From positions 1 through 41,399 of the forward strand of contig JBGOXY010000001.1 of NCBI GenBank assembly GCA_041479415.1: a stretch of 41,399 nucleotides of DNA. The letters are read 5' to 3'. This stretch comes from Anaerolineae bacterium. GTDB taxonomy: Bacteria; Chloroflexota; Anaerolineae; Anaerolineales; RBG-16-64-43. Both the position numbers and the translations under genes were made by a program. This document shows, in pieces, positions 26,745-36,797 of this stretch. The notes under the pieces were generated by a model. It was not told where the DNA came from and made no database searches. It was given only the letters and a program-made list of their open reading frames with translations. Within the stretch, counting starts at the first letter, position 1; every line of letters starts with the position of its first letter.

Positions 26745-27302
26745 TCAGACCTCCATGATCTCCGTTTCTTTGCGCTTCACCAGGTCGTCCACTTTCTCGA
26801 CCATCTTGTCGGTCATCTTCTGCAGGTCTTCTTCGCCGCGTTTGAGGTCATCTTCAGAGATGAGCTTCTCTTTTTCGAACTCACGCAGGTCGTTGTGCAC
26901 GTCACGCCGCACGTTACGTACGGCTACCCGCGCCTCCTCCGCCCGGTGGTGCGTGGCCTTGACTAATTCGCGGCGCCGCTCTTCGGTGAGAGCGGGAATC
27001 ATCAGGCGGATGAGCTTGCCGTCATTGCCTGGGGTCAGCCCCAGGTCGGAGGCCAGGATGGCGCGCTCGATGTTCTTGAGCGAGCCGGGATCGAACGGCT
27101 TGATGGTCAGCAGGCGCGGTTCGGGCGCCGAAATGGTCGCCAATTGCATGAGCGGGGTGGGTGTACCGTAGTACTCCACTTCCAGTTTCTCGATGAGGGC
27201 CGGGCTGGCACGCCCGGTGCGCAACGTGGCCAGGCTCTCCTCGAGGGTCTTGGTCGCCCCTTTCATCCGCCCCTCAGCCTCGGACAGTGCCTCTTTGACC
27301 AT
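26745..27302 (-). CDS. frr: ribosome recycling factor
   Basis: ORF 26745-27407, trimmed to ATG 27302 (AGGAG upstream). 185 aa, beginning MVKEALSEAEGRMKGATKTLEESLATLRTGRASPALIEKLEVEYYGTPTPL. Confidence 0.93.
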   Translation of the reverse strand: MVKEALSEAEGRMKGATKTLEESLATLRTGRASPALIEKLEVEYYGTPTPLMQLATISAPEPRLLTIKPFDPGSLKNIERAILASDLGLTPGNDGKLIRLMIPALTEERRRELVKATHHRAEEARVAVRNVRRDVHNDLREFEKEKLISEDDLKRGEEDLQKMTDKMVEKVDDLVKRKETEIMEV

Positions 27303-27449
27303 GTGCAACTCCTGAGGAATGGGCGCGGGAGTCGCGCGAAGCGACCTCCGCGTTCTCCAAGGATAACCCAAAAGGACGAATCCGGTAAACCACTCAGGTG
27401 CGTGCACAACGCGGTCGGCCCGAGGCGCAGGGCAGCCGCGCCGCCGGCC

Positions 27450-28202
<753 letters not shown>

Positions 28203-28236
28203 CTAGCGCCCTACCCGGTGCGCGGCCGATGAGAAA

Positions 28237-28262
28237 GCGGGTCAGCCTTCCGGCTGACCCGC
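28237..28262 (-). terminator. intrinsic terminator or attenuating hairpin between tsf and pyrH
   Basis: The minus strand reads GCGGGUCAGCC-GGAA-GGCUGACCCGC, followed by UUUCUCAU. It starts 6 nt after the tsf stop. Confidence 0.55.
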
Positions 28263-28268
28263 GCCATG

Positions 28269-28883
28269 CTATTCGGCGGTTTCTCCGACCTCCCAGCGCG
28301 TGAAGCGCCGGATGAGAATGTTTTCTTTGGTGGTGGTGACGGCCTCCTTGAGCAGGTCGCCGACGGTGCGCTTGTCGTCGCGCACGTACGGCTGGCGCAA
28401 GAGGCAGGCCTCGGCGTAGAACTTCTCGAGCATACCCTCGGCGATGCGATCCCAGACGTTTTCGGGTTTGCCCTCTTCACGTGCTCGCTCGCGCGCTTTT
28501 GCACGCTCGGCTTCCAGTGCCTCGGCCGGCACATCCGTCACGTCGACGTAGCGCGGGTTGGCCGCTGCAACTTGCAGCGCCACTTCGTGGGCAAAGCGGC
28601 GGAACTCCTCGGTACGCGCCACAAAGTCGGTTTCGCAATTGACTTCGACCATCACGCCCACCCGCCCGCTGCCGTGGCTGTAAAGGTCGAGCACGCCCTG
28701 GCGCGCTTCACGATCGGCGCGCTTGGCGGCGGCCGCCAATCCCTTCTCGCGCAGGTATACCACCGCCTTATCGAAATCGCCCTGCGTCTCGAGCAATGCC
28801 TTGCGGCAGTCGAGCACGCCGGCGCCGGTGGCTTCACGCAGTTGTTTGACCTGGGCCGTGTTGATTTCCATGGCGGGGCTCAC
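28269..28883 (-). CDS. tsf: elongation factor Ts (short form)
   Basis: N-terminal UBA-like VKQLREATGAGVLDCRKAL. GTG 28883 overlaps the rpsB TGA as GTGA, with GAGGAA 6 nt upstream. ATG 28871 (MEINTAQ) is the alternative start. Confidence 0.92.
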   Translation of the reverse strand: MSPAMEINTAQVKQLREATGAGVLDCRKALLETQGDFDKAVVYLREKGLAAAAKRADREARQGVLDLYSHGSGRVGVMVEVNCETDFVARTEEFRRFAHEVALQVAAANPRYVDVTDVPAEALEAERAKARERAREEGKPENVWDRIAEGMLEKFYAEACLLRQPYVRDDKRTVGDLLKEAVTTTKENILIRRFTRWEVGETAE

Positions 28884-29686
28884 TTGGCTTCCTCGGGCGC
28901 CGCCGAGGCTTCGCCCTCGCGCATCTTGGCCAGCGTGGCCTCGCCGAGCAGTTCCTCATCCTTCGGCTCGGGGGCAGCCTCCTCGGCCGGCTCCTGATCC
29001 TTGCGCAGCGCGCGCCCTTCGACCACCGCATCCGCCATCTTGCCGGTCAGCAGGCGAATGGCGCGGATGGCGTCGTCGTTGGAGGGGATGATGTAATCGA
29101 TACCGCGCGGGTCACAGTTGGTATCCACCAGCGCTACGACCGGGATGCCGAGGATATTGGCCTCGTGGATGGAGGTCGCTTCGCGGAAAACATCAACCAC
29201 GAAGATGAGCGAAGGCAGCCCATTCATACGGCGCAGGCCGCCCAGGCGCTGGTTGAGGCGCGCCATGCGCCGGCGCAGCATCAGGCCTTCCTTCTTGGTG
29301 ATGCGCCCGAAGTCGCCGGAGGCTTCCATTTTCTCCAGGCGGTCGAGCTCGTCGAGGCGCTCTTTGATGGTGCGCCAGTTGGTGAGCGTGCCGCCCAGCC
29401 AGCGATCGACGACGTAGGGCATCTCGCAGCGCGTGGCTTCGGTCTCGATCGTATCCTGGGCTTGGCGCTTGGTGCCCACAAACAGCAGTGTGCCGCCTGC
29501 GGTTACGATGTCGCGCACCATGGCATACGCGGTCGAAAGCGACGACAGCGTTTGCTGCAGGTCGATGATGTGAACGCCGTTGCGTTCGGTGAAGATGTAG
29601 GGCTTCATCCTGGGGTGCCACTTCTCGGTGCGATGGCCGAAGTGCACCCCGGCCTCGAGGAGGGATTTCAGCGAGACCAATGCCAT
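28880..29686 (-). CDS. rpsB: 30S ribosomal protein S2
   Basis: Begins MALVSLKSLLEAGVHFGHRTEKWHPRM. AAAGGAG lies upstream. It has an acidic C-terminal tail. Confidence 0.96.
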   Translation of the reverse strand: MALVSLKSLLEAGVHFGHRTEKWHPRMKPYIFTERNGVHIIDLQQTLSSLSTAYAMVRDIVTAGGTLLFVGTKRQAQDTIETEATRCEMPYVVDRWLGGTLTNWRTIKERLDELDRLEKMEASGDFGRITKKEGLMLRRRMARLNQRLGGLRRMNGLPSLIFVVDVFREATSIHEANILGIPVVALVDTNCDPRGIDYIIPSNDDAIRAIRLLTGKMADAVVEGRALRKDQEPAEEAAPEPKDEELLGEATLAKMREGEASAAPEEAK

Positions 29687-29856
29687 GAGGACTCCTTTGC
29701 GTTCAACCTCCGCGGTTTCATCCCCGCTCGCTCGCTCCGCAGCCGCTATCGCTGAGGAGCACGCACGAGCAGGTCCACCGCGTGAGAGATGGCCCTCGGT
29801 GAGGGCAGCCCCGTTCGGGGCAGAAATTCTCCCGCCTCTGGGCGGGAGTCACCGGC

Positions 29857-29885
29857 AGTATACCATGCCCGGCGCAGGCCGTCAA
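29857..29885 (-). promoter_or_regulatory. strong sigma70-type promoter TTGACG-N17-(TGg)TATACT for rpsB-tsf
   Basis: Minus strand: -35 TTGACG (29885-29880), a 17-nt spacer ending in TGG, and -10 TATACT (29862-29857). This leaves a leader of about 165 nt before ATG 29686. Confidence 0.65.
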
Positions 29886-29908
29886 AAGCCTTCACTCCGG
29901 CGGCCGGC

Positions 29909-32380
29909 CTACAGCAGCGAGACCGGGTCCACGTCCAGGCTGCAGTTGTCCGGCAGGTCCGTTGGGATGACCTGCCTCGGGTGCGGTCCACGCACCACGA
30001 CCTGCCAGCGATAGCGGCCCGCCTCGCGCTCAAAGAAGCAGGGCGCCGGCCCGACGATCTCGGTTTGGCGATGCTCGCCCGCGGTGATCGCGGCTCGCAC
30101 CGCGCCCGCCAAAGCTTCCGCTACCCGCTGCGCCTGCTCGCGAGAGTTGGCTGCAACGATCAGGCGTGCCAGGCGGGTGTAGGGCGGGTAGCCGAGCTGC
30201 CGCCGCAGGGCGAGTTCGGTGCTGGCGAACCCGTCGTAGTCTTGCGCAGACGCCAGCCGAATCGCGTAGTGATCCGGCTGGAAAGTCTGCAGAATGGCCC
30301 GGCCGCCGCGCGGGCTGCGCCCGGCACGGCCGATGACCTGGGTGAGCACTTGAAAGGTGCGCTCGCTGGCGCGATAGTCCGGCAGAAAGAGGCCGACCTC
30401 GGCCAGGATGACCCCTACCAGCGTCACGCGCGGCAGGTCGAGACCCTTGGCCACCATTTGCGTTCCGACCAACACATCGGCCCGGCCAGCCGCGAAGTGC
30501 TCGAGCATGATCTCATGCGCGTCCTGAGCGCGCGTGGTGTCCACATCCCAGCGCAAGACACGCGCGTGCGGGAAGTGGCGCAGCACTTCTGCCTCCACGC
30601 GTTGCGTGCCCACCCCCAGAGGGCGCAGGGCCTCGCTCGAGCAGTTGGGGCAGCGAGATGGAACGCTGCGTTGATAGTTGCAGTGATGGCAGCGTAAGCG
30701 CCCGCGTGCCCCATCCTCACCGGCCGCCGGCGCGTCTGCGTGGAAGGTGAGCGGCAGCCCGCAGCGCGGGCAGCTCACCGACTGGCCGCACGAACGACAA
30801 AAGAGCGCAGTGGCTGTGCCGCGCCGGTTGAGGAAGAGAATGGCTTGCTGGCCGTGCTCGAGGCACTCGCCGAGGGCCTGAGAAAGCGCCCGGCTGAAGA
30901 TCGAGCGATTGCCGTCGCGCAGTTCCTGGCGCATGTCCACCACTCGCACCTCGGGCAGTGCCCCTCCACGCACGCCGGCGAAGGGCACGCGCTTGGGCAG
31001 CGCCAGGTAGGTCAGGCGCGCCTCCTTCGCGTGGGCAAAGGTCACCACGTCCGGCGTCGCCGATCCGAGCAGGCACAGCACATTCAACTGGCGCGCGTAC
31101 TCAAGGGCTGTATCGCGCGCATGGAAGAAAGGGGCGCGATTCGATTTGTACGACTCGTCGTGTTCCTCGTCGACCACGATCAGCCCCACCCGCGGCAGCG
31201 GCGCAAAGAGCGCGCTGCGCGGGCCGAGCATCACGTCGATCAGCCCGGACCGCGCCCGTCGCCAGGTGTCGTAGCGCTCACCATCCGAGAGGCGGCTGTG
31301 CATCACGCCCAGCCCGTGCATCACGCGCGCCCCAAAACGCTGCAGTATCTGCGGAGTGAGACCGATCTCCGGGACCAGGACGATGGCTTGCCCGCCGCGG
31401 GCGAGCACCTCAGCCACCGCGCGCAAGTAGATTTCTGTCTTGCCTGAACCGGTCACACCGTGCAAGAGAATGGTACGCCCGTCGCCCGCCGCCAGCGCCT
31501 CACGAATTGTGGACCACGCACTTCGTTGTTCCGGCGTGAGCGCGAGCGTCGTATCCGCGGCATACGCCCGGCCGGCGAGCGGGTCGCGCCAGACTTCCTG
31601 GTAGTCCAGGTCCACCAGGCCGGTGTCGGCCAGCAACTTCAGATCGCCCAGCGTACTGCCGCCATGGGCGTAGACCCAACTGACCTCGACCGAGGTGCGT
31701 TCTGCTGCCAAAAACTCGAGCACGCGCGCACGCCGCTCGGCCGCGGCCCGGCTTTGGGCGCGGGCTGTCTGGCGCATGCGCTGCGCCGCCGCGTGGGCCG
31801 CCTCGACCGAAACGGCGAGGCGCGCTGTGCGCACATGTTTTGCGTGCACCTCCGGCGGAGGTAGGATGGAGGTGCGCAGCACAGCTCCATGCTTCACCAG
31901 GCGCGCCGCTTCCCGTTCCCACGCGGCGCGAGGGAAGGCGCGTGCCAACTGCCCGCTGCGCAGCGGCCCGCGCTCGGCCAGCAGCGTGATGAGCCGCTTC
32001 TGTAATGGGTCCGCACCCACAAAGCTCGGGTCGCCGAGCGCGTACAAACTCTGCGCCCTCTGGCCCAAGCCGGGCGGAAGCATCAACTCGAAACACTCTC
32101 CGAGCGATGCACCGTACGTCGCGCTGAGCCAGCGGCCGAGACGGAGTTGGGCGGGAGTCAGCACAGGCTCGCGGTCGAGCAGCCCCTCGACCGGCCGAGT
32201 CTCGGCCACCTCCGGCTGATCGACATCGCCCAGAACAACTCCTTGCACGCGCTGCCCGGCAAAAGGGACTACCACCAGATGGCCCGGTCGCAACTCCTCG
32301 GCCAAATCGGGCAGCACATGGTAGTGGAATGTGCCAAGCACGCGAGGCAGGTTGACCGACACCTCCACGTAGCGGATCAT
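29909..32380 (-). CDS. priA: primosomal protein N' (replication restart helicase)
   Basis: 823 aa with Walker A GVTGSGKTE, a DEEHD box, and the Cys-rich zinc insertion CRSCG...CPRCG...CHHCN...CPNC. Its start forms an ATGA overlap with the upstream gene's stop. Confidence 0.93.
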   Translation of the reverse strand: MIRYVEVSVNLPRVLGTFHYHVLPDLAEELRPGHLVVVPFAGQRVQGVVLGDVDQPEVAETRPVEGLLDREPVLTPAQLRLGRWLSATYGASLGECFELMLPPGLGQRAQSLYALGDPSFVGADPLQKRLITLLAERGPLRSGQLARAFPRAAWEREAARLVKHGAVLRTSILPPPEVHAKHVRTARLAVSVEAAHAAAQRMRQTARAQSRAAAERRARVLEFLAAERTSVEVSWVYAHGGSTLGDLKLLADTGLVDLDYQEVWRDPLAGRAYAADTTLALTPEQRSAWSTIREALAAGDGRTILLHGVTGSGKTEIYLRAVAEVLARGGQAIVLVPEIGLTPQILQRFGARVMHGLGVMHSRLSDGERYDTWRRARSGLIDVMLGPRSALFAPLPRVGLIVVDEEHDESYKSNRAPFFHARDTALEYARQLNVLCLLGSATPDVVTFAHAKEARLTYLALPKRVPFAGVRGGALPEVRVVDMRQELRDGNRSIFSRALSQALGECLEHGQQAILFLNRRGTATALFCRSCGQSVSCPRCGLPLTFHADAPAAGEDGARGRLRCHHCNYQRSVPSRCPNCSSEALRPLGVGTQRVEAEVLRHFPHARVLRWDVDTTRAQDAHEIMLEHFAAGRADVLVGTQMVAKGLDLPRVTLVGVILAEVGLFLPDYRASERTFQVLTQVIGRAGRSPRGGRAILQTFQPDHYAIRLASAQDYDGFASTELALRRQLGYPPYTRLARLIVAANSREQAQRVAEALAGAVRAAITAGEHRQTEIVGPAPCFFEREAGRYRWQVVVRGPHPRQVIPTDLPDNCSLDVDPVSLL

Positions 32381-33708
32381 GGCGGAGCCTCCGGCGATTC
32401 AGCTGGCGCACTCGGGCGCACCGAGAGGCGCGCGATGCGCCGGCCGTCCATCGCCTCAACTCGCAGGCGCATGCCGTGCCCTTCAACCTCATCGCCCAAT
32501 CGGGCAACCCGGCCGAGCCGCCCAAGCATGTATCCGGCCAGGGTGTCATAGTGGGAATCTTCCAGGCGCAGTCCGAGGGCCTGGTTAACCTCCTCGATGA
32601 GCATTAGCCCATCCACCAGCGCGCTGCCGTCCGGCAGGCGCTTGACCAGAGGCGGGGTACGATCGAAGGCATCCGATACCTCGCCGACGATTTCTTCGAG
32701 CAAGTCCTCTAACGTCACCAGCCCGGCCGTGCCGCCAAACTCATCCAAGACGACCGCCAGGTGTTGGCGGCTGGCGCGGAAGCGCGCGAGCAGATCCTGC
32801 ACGCGCAGGCTCTCGGGGACAAACAATGCTTCTCGCATCAGGCCGCGCACGCTGGCCACCTGGCTGGGCCCGTGGCGTGCCCGCATCAGGTCTTTGATGT
32901 GGGCGATTCCGATGACTTGATCGGAGGTGCCCTCGTAAACCGGGAACTTGCTGTAGGGATGCAGGATAGCGAGGGCGATCAGCTCGTCGACGGTGCTCGC
33001 CGCCGGAACGGCGACCATCTCGGTGCGTGGGATCATCACTTCACGCACGCGCAGGTCGCCGAAATCGAAAACCGCATGCAGCATGGCCCGTTCGCTGTCC
33101 TCCAGCGTGCCGCTGCGTTGGGCCGCTTCGACCAGCAACTTGAGTTCTTGCACCGAGTAGGAGGCCCCGCGGCGGGCTGAGCCGGAGGCGCCGAGCAGCC
33201 GCGCCACAAGCCCGGCCGAGCGCTCGAGCAGCCAGACCAGCGGCCGGCCGATGCGGCTGAGCACTTCCAGCGGGCGTGCGATGCGCACCGCGATGCGCTC
33301 TGGGTTGTCGAGGGTGAGAGACTTCGGCACGAGTTCGCTGAGTACCACGGCCAGGAAGGTCACCAGCACAAACGCGGTCAGCGCGGAAAGGCTGCGCGCC
33401 GCCGTTTCACTCAGCCCGCGCAGAGGCACACCCAGCACTCGTTCAAGCAAGAAGGCGAAGGCCGGTTCGCCCACCCAGCCCATCCCTACGCCGGCCATGG
33501 TGATGCCGAGCTGGGTGGTGGCGATGTAGCGCTCGGGGTCGCGCAACATGCGTCGGGCGCGCGCCGCATCGCGCACGCCCTGGCGCTCCATTTCTTCCAG
33601 GCGCGTGCTGCGCGCACTGATCAGGGCATACTCGGCCATCACGAAGAACGCATTGGCCAGAAGCAGGCCGGCCAGGCCGAGCATGTCCATCAGGCTGAAG
33701 GCGCTCAC
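32377..33708 (-). CDS. CNNM/CorC-family hemolysin-like membrane protein (DUF21 + CBS pair + CorC_HlyC)
   Basis: ORF 32377-33864. I set the start to GTG 33708, which forms a GTGA overlap with the memo stop. ATG 33690 is the alternative. The layout is a DUF21 TM region, tandem CBS domains and a CorC/HlyC C-terminal domain. Confidence 0.88.
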   Translation of the reverse strand: MSAFSLMDMLGLAGLLLANAFFVMAEYALISARSTRLEEMERQGVRDAARARRMLRDPERYIATTQLGITMAGVGMGWVGEPAFAFLLERVLGVPLRGLSETAARSLSALTAFVLVTFLAVVLSELVPKSLTLDNPERIAVRIARPLEVLSRIGRPLVWLLERSAGLVARLLGASGSARRGASYSVQELKLLVEAAQRSGTLEDSERAMLHAVFDFGDLRVREVMIPRTEMVAVPAASTVDELIALAILHPYSKFPVYEGTSDQVIGIAHIKDLMRARHGPSQVASVRGLMREALFVPESLRVQDLLARFRASRQHLAVVLDEFGGTAGLVTLEDLLEEIVGEVSDAFDRTPPLVKRLPDGSALVDGLMLIEEVNQALGLRLEDSHYDTLAGYMLGRLGRVARLGDEVEGHGMRLRVEAMDGRRIARLSVRPSAPAESPEAPP

Positions 33709-34571
33709 CGGGGTCGATCCTCTCGGCCGGGCATGGTTCCGGCCTCCTGCCAGATGACGGCCGCTCCGTAACCCACCACCGAGTCGAGGTCGCCGGTCAC
33801 CGCGCCGGACGTAGCGTAATGGAGGAGGCTCACCCGGGTGGCGCCCAGATCGCGCGCGGCCCACAGCACCGCGGCCACGGCGGCTCGCCCGCAGGCGAAC
33901 CCGCAGCCTTGCTCTTCGGCGCGCATGACGGCCAACGGGTCGAAAGCGACAATGCGCGCGAGCATCTCGCGGTCAAGTGCTTCTGCCACCGGCTGCGGGT
34001 AGAAATGGGAAAGGTCTGAACTGGCCACGAGCACCGCCCGCCGATCGGCCAGGACCTCCCCCAGTGCGTGGCCCAGAGCCTCAGCCATCTTTGGGGTCTG
34101 ATCGACGATCATGACCGGTAACAAATGGAAGACACCCAGCACGCGCTGTAAGAAGGGCAGCTCGATCTCGAGCGAGTGCTCCTCGTCGCGACGCACCCGC
34201 GCCAGGCTCAAACCGATCCGCGCCTCAAGGCCCGCGTTGAGCTGGTCGAGCGCCGCCGCGTCCACCGGGATCTCCCCCAGCGGCGTGGCGTAACCGGTGT
34301 GCGCCGTAGTGAGCACAGGCGCCGGATGGGGATGGTGCATGGGCGAGACGACCGCAGCCAGATTGGCCTGCGTGCCCTCCAAGCATTTGAAGGCGTGCGC
34401 GGCCACCGCGCCCGAGTAGCGGTGGCCCGCGTGCGGCGCGAGGATACCGATGACTCGGCCGTTGGGCGGGTTCACCACGGCCTGCGCAAGAAATCGATCC
34501 ACGCTGGCCGCGAGTTCCCGTGCATCAGCGGGGTACCACGTTCCGGCAATGGGGGATGGTCGAAGCGACAT
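33705..34571 (-). CDS. Memo-like protein (AmmeMemoRadiSam system protein B family)
   Basis: This is the C-terminal 288 aa of the 496-aa ORF, starting at ATG 34571. Motifs are MSLRPSPIAGTWYPAD, GILAPHAGHRYSG, SSDLSHF and GCGFACG. The upstream part of the long ORF is antisense to the sigma-factor gene. Confidence 0.88.
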   Translation of the reverse strand: MSLRPSPIAGTWYPADARELAASVDRFLAQAVVNPPNGRVIGILAPHAGHRYSGAVAAHAFKCLEGTQANLAAVVSPMHHPHPAPVLTTAHTGYATPLGEIPVDAAALDQLNAGLEARIGLSLARVRRDEEHSLEIELPFLQRVLGVFHLLPVMIVDQTPKMAEALGHALGEVLADRRAVLVASSDLSHFYPQPVAEALDREMLARIVAFDPLAVMRAEEQGCGFACGRAAVAAVLWAARDLGATRVSLLHYATSGAVTGDLDSVVGYGAAVIWQEAGTMPGREDRPR

Positions 34572-34739
34572 CGGTGACCTGCGCGTTGGAGGGAAGCACT
34601 CCGCGCTGCGCCTGATCGGAGGGATCAGGCCCGGCCATTGTACTTCACTCACTTGGCGCAATGGCGCGTGCCTCTCTGGGGTATGATTGCCGGTGCAGGC
34701 ACAGATTGTTGCGGGCAAAACTTGCACGACGCGGACCTC

Positions 34740-35354
34740 ATGGACGAAGCCGCCCTTCTTCGCGACGCCCAACAGGGTGACCTGGACGCATTCAACCGCT
34801 TGGTGCTGGCTCACCAGAGCCGAGCCTACGCGCTCGCCGCGCGTATGCTGGGCGACAGTGAGGCCGCCGCGGACGTCACCCAGGAATCCTTTCTCTCCCT
34901 TTACCGACACCTGCGCGACTTCCGCGGTGGCTCGTTGCGCGCCTACATTTTGCGCAGCGTGACCAATGCCTGCTACGACGAATTGCGCCGCCGCAAGCGC
35001 AGGCCGTCCGTCTCGCTGGATGCCATGGCCTCTGCCGACGGTGAGGACGACGGCGGGCGAGCCTTCGAGCCCGCCGACCCGGGGGAGACGCCCGAAGACC
35101 AGCTCGCCCGCGGTGAGATTCGCCGCGCGATCGAGGACTGCCTGCGCCGCCTGACCGACGAACAGCGCGCGGTAGTACTCCTGGCCGACGTGCAAGCGAT
35201 GGATTACAGCGAAGTGGCCGCGGTGATGCAGACTGCGCTGGGCACGGTCAAGAGCCGGCTGGCTCGTGCTCGCGCTAACCTGCGCGATTGCCTCGCCTTG
35301 CGCGGGGAACTTCTGCCGGAGGCATTTCGTCTTGAGGGTGAGCCTTCAGCATGA
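34740..35354 (+). CDS. ECF-type RNA polymerase sigma factor (sigma-70 family group 4)
   Basis: ORF 34638-35354, trimmed to ATG 34740. Region 2 reads LLRDAQQGDLDAFNRLVLAHQSRAYALAARMLGDSEAAADVTQESFL. Region 4 reads LTDEQRAVVLLADVQAMDYSEVAAVMQTALGTVKSRLARAR. Confidence 0.9.
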   Translation: MDEAALLRDAQQGDLDAFNRLVLAHQSRAYALAARMLGDSEAAADVTQESFLSLYRHLRDFRGGSLRAYILRSVTNACYDELRRRKRRPSVSLDAMASADGEDDGGRAFEPADPGETPEDQLARGEIRRAIEDCLRRLTDEQRAVVLLADVQAMDYSEVAAVMQTALGTVKSRLARARANLRDCLALRGELLPEAFRLEGEPSA

Positions 35355-36196
35355 AACCCTCGACCTCCCTACCTGCGCACGACCTTGAGCGACTTTCGGC
35401 ATTCCTCGACGGCCAGTTGAGCGACTCCGATCGCAAGGTCTTGCTTGCGCGATTGCAGCACGAGGCCGCACTCGCGCGCGCCCTGGAGGAATTGCGTCGG
35501 GTACGAGGGGCGCTGCGCGCCCTGCCTCCGGTTCGTCTGCCCCGCAACTTCATCCTGACCGCGGAAATGGCCGGGCGTACCCGCCCGCGCGCTTCGCGCG
35601 GTTTCGCGTTCGCCTGGGGTTCGGCGTTGGCGACACTTGCCCTGGCCATAGTTGCCGTCACGGATCTTGCAGGTGGCGGGCTCATGGCCGCGCGAGTGGC
35701 GGCCCCGGCCATGCCGGCCGCTGAGTTGCAGATGGAGCCGGGCCTCCTGGCTGCACCCACCAGGCCCGAACCACGCGCCGCAACCGACAATCAGGCGGAC
35801 CAGACAACGCCCGGCGAATCGGCCGCATCCAGCGGCACACTGGCGGGCAGCGATTCGACCACCGAGACTGCGGGTGCCCCGTTATTTGCGCAGGAGAAGT
35901 CCTCCGGTGCCACTGCGACGCCCGCGCCCGCCGAAGCCTCCCGGTTGGGCCCGCCCTCCTCGCCGATGCCCACTCCGACCGCCGAAGGTGAGGCGCTCCT
36001 GACCTTGGGCGGAGGAGCCGGAAGCTCAACCCCGACCCCACCTGCCGCCGAACCGCCGCGGGAGTTGACCGCGCCCACCGCAGTATCTGTTGCGCCGGCC
36101 TTTATCAGCCCGCTGCGCCTGATCGAGGCGGGGTTGGCCGTTCTCGCTCTGGCGCTGGCCGTCGCGGCCCTGCTCGCGCGCCGAGTTCGGCGATGA
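35351..36196 (+). CDS. anti-sigma factor (membrane-spanning, low-complexity extracytoplasmic region)
   Basis: ATGA overlap with the sigma gene. The N-terminal anti-sigma helix pattern is DLERLSAFLDGQLSDSDRKVLLARLQHEAALARALEEL, with no Zn ligands. A TM lies near residue 90, followed by a Pro/Ala/Thr-rich region and a second hydrophobic segment at the C-terminus. Confidence 0.75.
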   Translation: MKPSTSLPAHDLERLSAFLDGQLSDSDRKVLLARLQHEAALARALEELRRVRGALRALPPVRLPRNFILTAEMAGRTRPRASRGFAFAWGSALATLALAIVAVTDLAGGGLMAARVAAPAMPAAELQMEPGLLAAPTRPEPRAATDNQADQTTPGESAASSGTLAGSDSTTETAGAPLFAQEKSSGATATPAPAEASRLGPPSSPMPTPTAEGEALLTLGGGAGSSTPTPPAAEPPRELTAPTAVSVAPAFISPLRLIEAGLAVLALALAVAALLARRVRR

Positions 36197-36705
36197 CGCT
36201 GCGCGAACCCGTGCGCTTCTGTATTCGCTGCGGCGCGCCCACTGAGGCGCGCCCTGCCTTTGGCCGCCTGCGCGCGGTGTGCACGCGCTGCGCCTACATC
36301 CATTTCGAAGACCCGAAAGTTGCGGTGGCCGTCTTCATCGTCCGCGAAGGCAAAGTCCTGCTCATCCAACGCGGGGTCTCGCCCGAGCGCGGCAAGTGGT
36401 CGGTACCGGCGGGTTTCGTGGAGGTGGGCGAAGACCCGCGCCAGGCGGCGGCCCGCGAATGCCGTGAAGAGACCGGGCTGGAGGTGAATGACCTGCAATT
36501 GCGGGATGTCATCGCGAGGCAAAGCGAGGTCGAGGGTGCGGACATTCTGATCGTCTTCGAGGGCACCGTTGCAAGCGGGGTGCCACAGCCCGGCGACGAT
36601 GCCGAGCGGGCCTCCTTCTTCGGCCCGAACGAATTGCCCGATCTGGCCTTTCCGTCCACGCGCATGATCCTTGCACTCTGGCGTAACGGCACGCCGCCGA
36701 CATAG
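36193..36705 (+). CDS. Nudix hydrolase with N-terminal zinc ribbon
   Basis: ATGA overlap with the anti-sigma gene. A CxxC...CxxC ribbon is present (CIRCG...CTRCA). The Nudix box GFVEVGEDPRQAAARECREETGL lies at 36412-36480. The NudC-specific SQPWPFP motif was not seen. Confidence 0.9.
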   Translation: MTLREPVRFCIRCGAPTEARPAFGRLRAVCTRCAYIHFEDPKVAVAVFIVREGKVLLIQRGVSPERGKWSVPAGFVEVGEDPRQAAARECREETGLEVNDLQLRDVIARQSEVEGADILIVFEGTVASGVPQPGDDAERASFFGPNELPDLAFPSTRMILALWRNGTPPT

Positions 36706-36797
36706 CCCGTGGGCTGCCCGCGCGGCCCGTCGGCGCGCGTAACACCAATGACGCAAGCCTGGCCACCCTCGTCCTGCGCGGATGAGGTGCCGGGGCA

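Noticed and set aside
34572-35195. N-terminal 208 aa of the 496-aa minus-strand ORF 33705-35195
   Set aside because: Only the C-terminal 288 aa (from ATG 34571) look like a Memo-family protein. The upstream part is antisense to a well-supported ECF sigma gene and has no recognisable features. I read it as a high-GC shadow frame.
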